A stretch of 64,000 bases of DNA from an uncultured Gemmatimonadales bacterium (GTDB lineage: Bacteria; Gemmatimonadota; Gemmatimonadetes; Gemmatimonadales; GWC2-71-9), in NCBI GenBank assembly GCA_963728915.1, contig CAVSLV010000001.1:1568001-1632000 (forward strand), written 5' to 3'. The translations under genes were made by a program, and so were the position numbers. The notes under the pieces were generated by a model. That model did no database searches. It saw only the letters and a program-made list of their open reading frames with translations, and had not been told where the DNA came from. Positions 60,205-64,000 of this stretch are shown here, piece by piece; position 1 is the first letter of the stretch; each line of letters begins with the position of its first letter.

Positions 60205-62634
60205 ATGACAAGCCCTATCGTGTCGAACCATTCCGGCGGTCCGCCGGCGCCGGTGAATGCTTCCGCCATTCAGGGGGTCTTGGATGCTGGGGCGCTCTCC
60301 GGGGCGGGACCGGAGCCTGGATCGACGCAACTGACCCGAATTTTCGCCGCCCTTCGACGGTTTGCCTGGCTCATCGCGTTGGTGACCGTGGTTGGGTCGG
60401 CGGCAAGTCTCGCGGCCACTCGTCTGCTGCATCCGATGTACGAGGTGACTTCGACTCTCTATCTGCAGAACGCCAATCAGACTGGCGACGGTCCGATTCA
60501 GGCTCCTCAAATCCTGAGCGAATACAACTGGGTCGAGCTCAACCGGACGTTCGCGGTCCTCGACCCGGTCGTGCGGCAGCTCAGGTTGTACCTCTCGCTC
60601 GGCAAGGGAGCCACTCGCGAGCTGTTCGACGGTTTTGAGCTCGCTCCCCGGTTCACCCCGGGGACCTACCAGCTTACGGTGGATCCGACCGGGCAGAAGT
60701 ACTCCCTTGGCCTGAAGGGTGGTCCTTCGGAGCTGGCGACCGGTCCGGTTACGGACTCGGTGGGTCGAGCGGCTGGATTCCTGTGGCAGCCGGGCCCCCA
60801 AAAGCTGCCTGCTGGCTTGAAGGCCAACTTCACGATCGTGAGTCCCCGGGACGCCGACGTCGCCCTCCGAGACAATCTGAACGTCCGACTGAGCAGTGAA
60901 CGAGGCAGCTTCCTCGTCGTCGGGCTGATGGGTACCGATCCGGAGCTGATCGCCGAAACGATGAACGCGGTGATGCGCCGCTTCGTGGACGTCGCGACCG
61001 AGCTTAAAAAGGCGAGACTCCAGGAGCTCTCGAAGGTCCTTCAGGAGCAAGTCCAGCAGCAGGAGGCCAAGCTGCGGGCGGCGGAAGGCGCGCTCGAAAC
61101 CTTCAAGGTGGCCACCATCACTCAGCCTCGGGAGGAAGTCGCCATTGCGGCCGGGCTGCAGATGACCCAGAACACCGCGTACGGCCGGTACTTCGACCAG
61201 CGGGTGAGCGCCGAGACCATCCGCCACGATCGGCGGGACATCGAGGACGTCCTGGCTCGCCTCCACGAGGGGCAAACGGTGGTCGACGCCTTCCACACCA
61301 TTCCCGCGGTGCGCAATTCCCCGGACCTCGTTCGTGCCCTGAACGAGCTTTCCACCGCGGAAGCAGACCTCCGCGCGCTCCAGGTCAAGTACACCGATGA
61401 GTATCCGGGAGTGAAAACGATCCAGGACCGCATCACGACGATCCGCTCCACCACGATTCCGCACTATGCTCAGGCACTGGTGGATCAACTCAAAATCGAA
61501 GAGAACGATCTCGAGAATCGCATCGCGGCGGCCGGTCAGGAGCTCCGTTCCATCCCGGTTCGGGCGATTACCGAAGCGCGGCTCCAGCGCGAGGTCGAAA
61601 GCGACCGCTACCTCGCGACCAATCTCCAGAATCGATACGAGGAAAACAAGCTCGCGGAAATGAGCGCCATTCCGGACGTCCGGGTTCTCGATGCCGCGAT
61701 GCCGCCGAGCCGTCCTACGAAGAACCGCGCCCCGCAGATCATCCTGATCGGTGTCGCCCTGAGCCTGGGGACGGGACTTGGTCTGGCCATTCTGCTCGAC
61801 CGGCTCGACAAGCGGTTCCGCTATCCGGAACAGGCCTCCAGCGAGCTCGGCCTCACCATCCTCGGCGCGATTCCCGCGATTCCCCGTCCCCGGAACGGGA
61901 AGAAGGTTTCGCAGGACGAGATGCATCAGGTCATCGAGTCCTTCCGATCGGTGCGGCTCAACCTGGCGCACTCATTCGATCCGGATCAGCCGATCTGTCT
62001 CACCATCTCCAGCCCGAGCCCGGGGGACGGCAAGTCGCTGGTCTCCGCCAATCTCGCCCTTTCCTTCGCGGAAGCGGGTTATCGCACCATCCTGGTGGAT
62101 GGAGACATCCGCCGGGGCGATCTCCATCGCACCTTCAGCGGCGATCGCCGGCCCGGACTGCTCGACTATCTGGGTTCGAGTCGGCTCCCACTCGAACGAA
62201 CCTTCCGCCCGACCTCGCATCCGCGGCTCACCCTGATGCCGTGCGGCACCCGCTTGCAACACGGCCCCGAGCTCCTCGGGTCGGCTCGGATGGCGGAGCT
62301 GGTGGAGATCCTGCGCAGGGATTTTGAAGTGATCGTGATGGACAGTCCGCCGCTCGGGGCCGGCATCGACCCCTTCGTGCTGGGCACCCATACCGGAAAC
62401 GTCATGCTGGTGCTGCGGAGCGGCGAGACCGACCGGGAAATGGCCGAAGTGAAGCTGCGGGTCCTGGAACGGCTGCCGATCCGGATTCTCGGCGCTGTCC
62501 TCAACCATATCCACGCCGGGACCGGCCCGTACAAGTACTACACCTACAGCTACGGCTACGCCGCGGAAGAGGAGATCGGCGAGGAGCGAACAGTGGAGGC
62601 CTTGCCGCTGCCGACCTCGCCCACCAGCGCCTAG
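60205..62634 (+). CDS. wzc: Polysaccharide co-polymerase / tyrosine autokinase (Wzc/GumC)
   Basis: Two TMs flanking a periplasmic coiled coil, ESFRSVR, SPSPGDGKS, VDGDIRR, DSPP, Tyr cluster YKYYTYSYGY. Confidence 0.92.
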   Translation: MTSPIVSNHSGGPPAPVNASAIQGVLDAGALSGAGPEPGSTQLTRIFAALRRFAWLIALVTVVGSAASLAATRLLHPMYEVTSTLYLQNANQTGDGPIQAPQILSEYNWVELNRTFAVLDPVVRQLRLYLSLGKGATRELFDGFELAPRFTPGTYQLTVDPTGQKYSLGLKGGPSELATGPVTDSVGRAAGFLWQPGPQKLPAGLKANFTIVSPRDADVALRDNLNVRLSSERGSFLVVGLMGTDPELIAETMNAVMRRFVDVATELKKARLQELSKVLQEQVQQQEAKLRAAEGALETFKVATITQPREEVAIAAGLQMTQNTAYGRYFDQRVSAETIRHDRRDIEDVLARLHEGQTVVDAFHTIPAVRNSPDLVRALNELSTAEADLRALQVKYTDEYPGVKTIQDRITTIRSTTIPHYAQALVDQLKIEENDLENRIAAAGQELRSIPVRAITEARLQREVESDRYLATNLQNRYEENKLAEMSAIPDVRVLDAAMPPSRPTKNRAPQIILIGVALSLGTGLGLAILLDRLDKRFRYPEQASSELGLTILGAIPAIPRPRNGKKVSQDEMHQVIESFRSVRLNLAHSFDPDQPICLTISSPSPGDGKSLVSANLALSFAEAGYRTILVDGDIRRGDLHRTFSGDRRPGLLDYLGSSRLPLERTFRPTSHPRLTLMPCGTRLQHGPELLGSARMAELVEILRRDFEVIVMDSPPLGAGIDPFVLGTHTGNVMLVLRSGETDREMAEVKLRVLERLPIRILGAVLNHIHAGTGPYKYYTYSYGYAAEEEIGEERTVEALPLPTSPTSA

Positions 62635-63374
62635 CGCCAGTCTCGCAGCCACTCGGCGGGAAAATCTCTCACCGACAAGTCGAGGGCCTTTCCAGGCTCC
62701 GGATTGGTGACGGCCAGGGCTCCCACATATCCCCGGGGCACCGGCACCGACGCCACCAGGGCTGGTGGATGGGTGCCGGTGATGTCGACCGGCTGAAACG
62801 AGTCGTCAGGCGCAAGCCCGACCGTGACGTCCTTGAGCGGAATTGACAACCCCCCACCCACCGCCTTGACGTACGCCTCTTTCGCCGTCCAGAGCCGGAA
62901 GAACATGTCCGGGTGATCCTGGAGAGGTGCCACCGCGAATTCCGCGCGCTCGGACGCCGAGCATACGGTCTCCAGCAGCTCCGGAATGGAAACTTCGCGC
63001 TCTGCGCTTTCGACGTCGACGCCGACCTCGAGTGAGCTGGCGATCGCCAGAAGAGCCAGGCCGTGGGAATGGGCGACGTTGAATTGCAGCGGGTCGGATC
63101 GATCGAGGGCCGGTTTGCCCTTGCCGCCCTCCCGGAATCGAAGGGTCTCCGGTCTCTCCCCGAGATAGCGGCCCAGAAGGATTCGCAATCCGCCGCGCGC
63201 CGCGATGAACTCCTGCCGGGCAAGGGGGGCGGTATACCGAGCGGCCCGGGATTGCTCGGCGCCGGAGAGCAACGGCAGTAATTCCTCCACCGGCCCAGTG
63301 GGGATGGCGAGTCGCCAGACGTGGACCTGGTGGCCGCGCGGCTTGGGGATCGCCGCGATCGACGAAGGACTCAC
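62631..63374 (-). CDS. Sfp-type 4'-phosphopantetheinyl transferase
   Basis: GKP, FNVAHS, VGVDVE, WTAKEAYVKA; GTG 63374 overlaps the upstream stop. Confidence 0.92.
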   Translation of the reverse strand: MSPSSIAAIPKPRGHQVHVWRLAIPTGPVEELLPLLSGAEQSRAARYTAPLARQEFIAARGGLRILLGRYLGERPETLRFREGGKGKPALDRSDPLQFNVAHSHGLALLAIASSLEVGVDVESAEREVSIPELLETVCSASERAEFAVAPLQDHPDMFFRLWTAKEAYVKAVGGGLSIPLKDVTVGLAPDDSFQPVDITGTHPPALVASVPVPRGYVGALAVTNPEPGKALDLSVRDFPAEWLRDWR

Positions 63375-64000
63375 ACCGCTGCCGGTCGAACGTCCACCCC
63401 GGAATCGGCCGGCAAGTCGGTGGGACGCCAGGTTTGCACAATCCGGCCGTAATCCAGTTTGACGACCCGATCGCCCAGGTGGAAATAGCGATCGTCGTGG
63501 GTGATCACGATGATGGTCTTGCCTCGCGCCTTGAGGTCGGGAAGCAGCCGGGCGTAAAAAACCTCCCGGTAAGCGGGATCCTGATCGGCGGCCCACTCAT
63601 CGAAGACGTAGAAGGGGCGATCCTCGAGGTAGGCGGTCAACAGCGCCAGGCGGCGGCGTTGCCCCTGGGAGAGCGCCGTCGTGGAGAGCACCCCCCGCTC
63701 GATCGTCACCTTGCGATCCAGTTCGAGAAGGTGGAGGTAATCGCGGGCTCGTCGATCGAGCTCCTCGTGACCGCCGGCCACTTTGTCGAACAGGTAGAAG
63801 TCGGAAAAGACCACGGAAAACTTCTCGCGGTAACTGTCCAGGGTGCTCTGATCCACCACGGCTCCGTCGAGGAGAATCGTCCCGGCATCGGGTGGGTAGA
63901 GACCGGTGAGCAGCTTGACGAAGGTCGATTTGCCGCTGCCGTTTCCGCCGATCAGAAAAACCAGTTCATTGGGCTCGACGCTCAGATCCAGCGGACCGAG
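63371..64000 (-). CDS. Cyclic-peptide export ABC transporter (SyrD/PvdE/YojI-like), C-terminal part
   Basis: Frame open to the window edge: LGPLDL...GGNGSGKST, VFSDFYLF, LSQGQRRRLAL, FDEWAADQDP, ITHDDRYF. Confidence 0.92.
   Translation of the reverse strand, partial: LGPLDLSVEPNELVFLIGGNGSGKSTFVKLLTGLYPPDAGTILLDGAVVDQSTLDSYREKFSVVFSDFYLFDKVAGGHEELDRRARDYLHLLELDRKVTIERGVLSTTALSQGQRRRLALLTAYLEDRPFYVFDEWAADQDPAYREVFYARLLPDLKARGKTIIVITHDDRYFHLGDRVVKLDYGRIVQTWRPTDLPADSGVDVRPAAV

Overview
GC-rich, densely packed bacterial chromosome window. Gene content and order look Gemmatimonadota-like (my inference, not a database result). Positions 1-54.6 kb are mostly core genes: pdhC-lpdA-lipB; a four-gene peptidase/beta-barrel operon; dnaE-accA-ricT-metG; an M23 peptidase; TPM-nucleotidyltransferase-lemA; a DsbA-family gene and waaA; an F1-only atpAGDC block flanked by envelope genes; sigma70-mlaEFD; seven CCA-less tRNAs; an antiporter; a TPS/TPP fusion; rho-ruvX-mltG; scoAB; thiE; rlmI; an atypical formate dehydrogenase alpha subunit; tdh-kbl; mpg; and a NYN-LOTUS protein. 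From about 54.7 kb an accessory locus begins. It holds a doubly frameshifted GDP-mannose-dehydrogenase-like gene, a GT4 glycosyltransferase, a soluble histidine kinase with a sigma54 activator, a Wzc kinase, an Sfp PPTase and a cyclic-peptide ABC exporter, plus three candidate sigma54 promoters. The main non-gene signals are families of 7-9-bp tandem/inverted micro-repeats (one sits in frame inside the NYN gene), a recurring 25-bp gapped palindrome at promoters, and many apparently leaderless genes. No CRISPR array, rRNA, transposase or integrase was seen.
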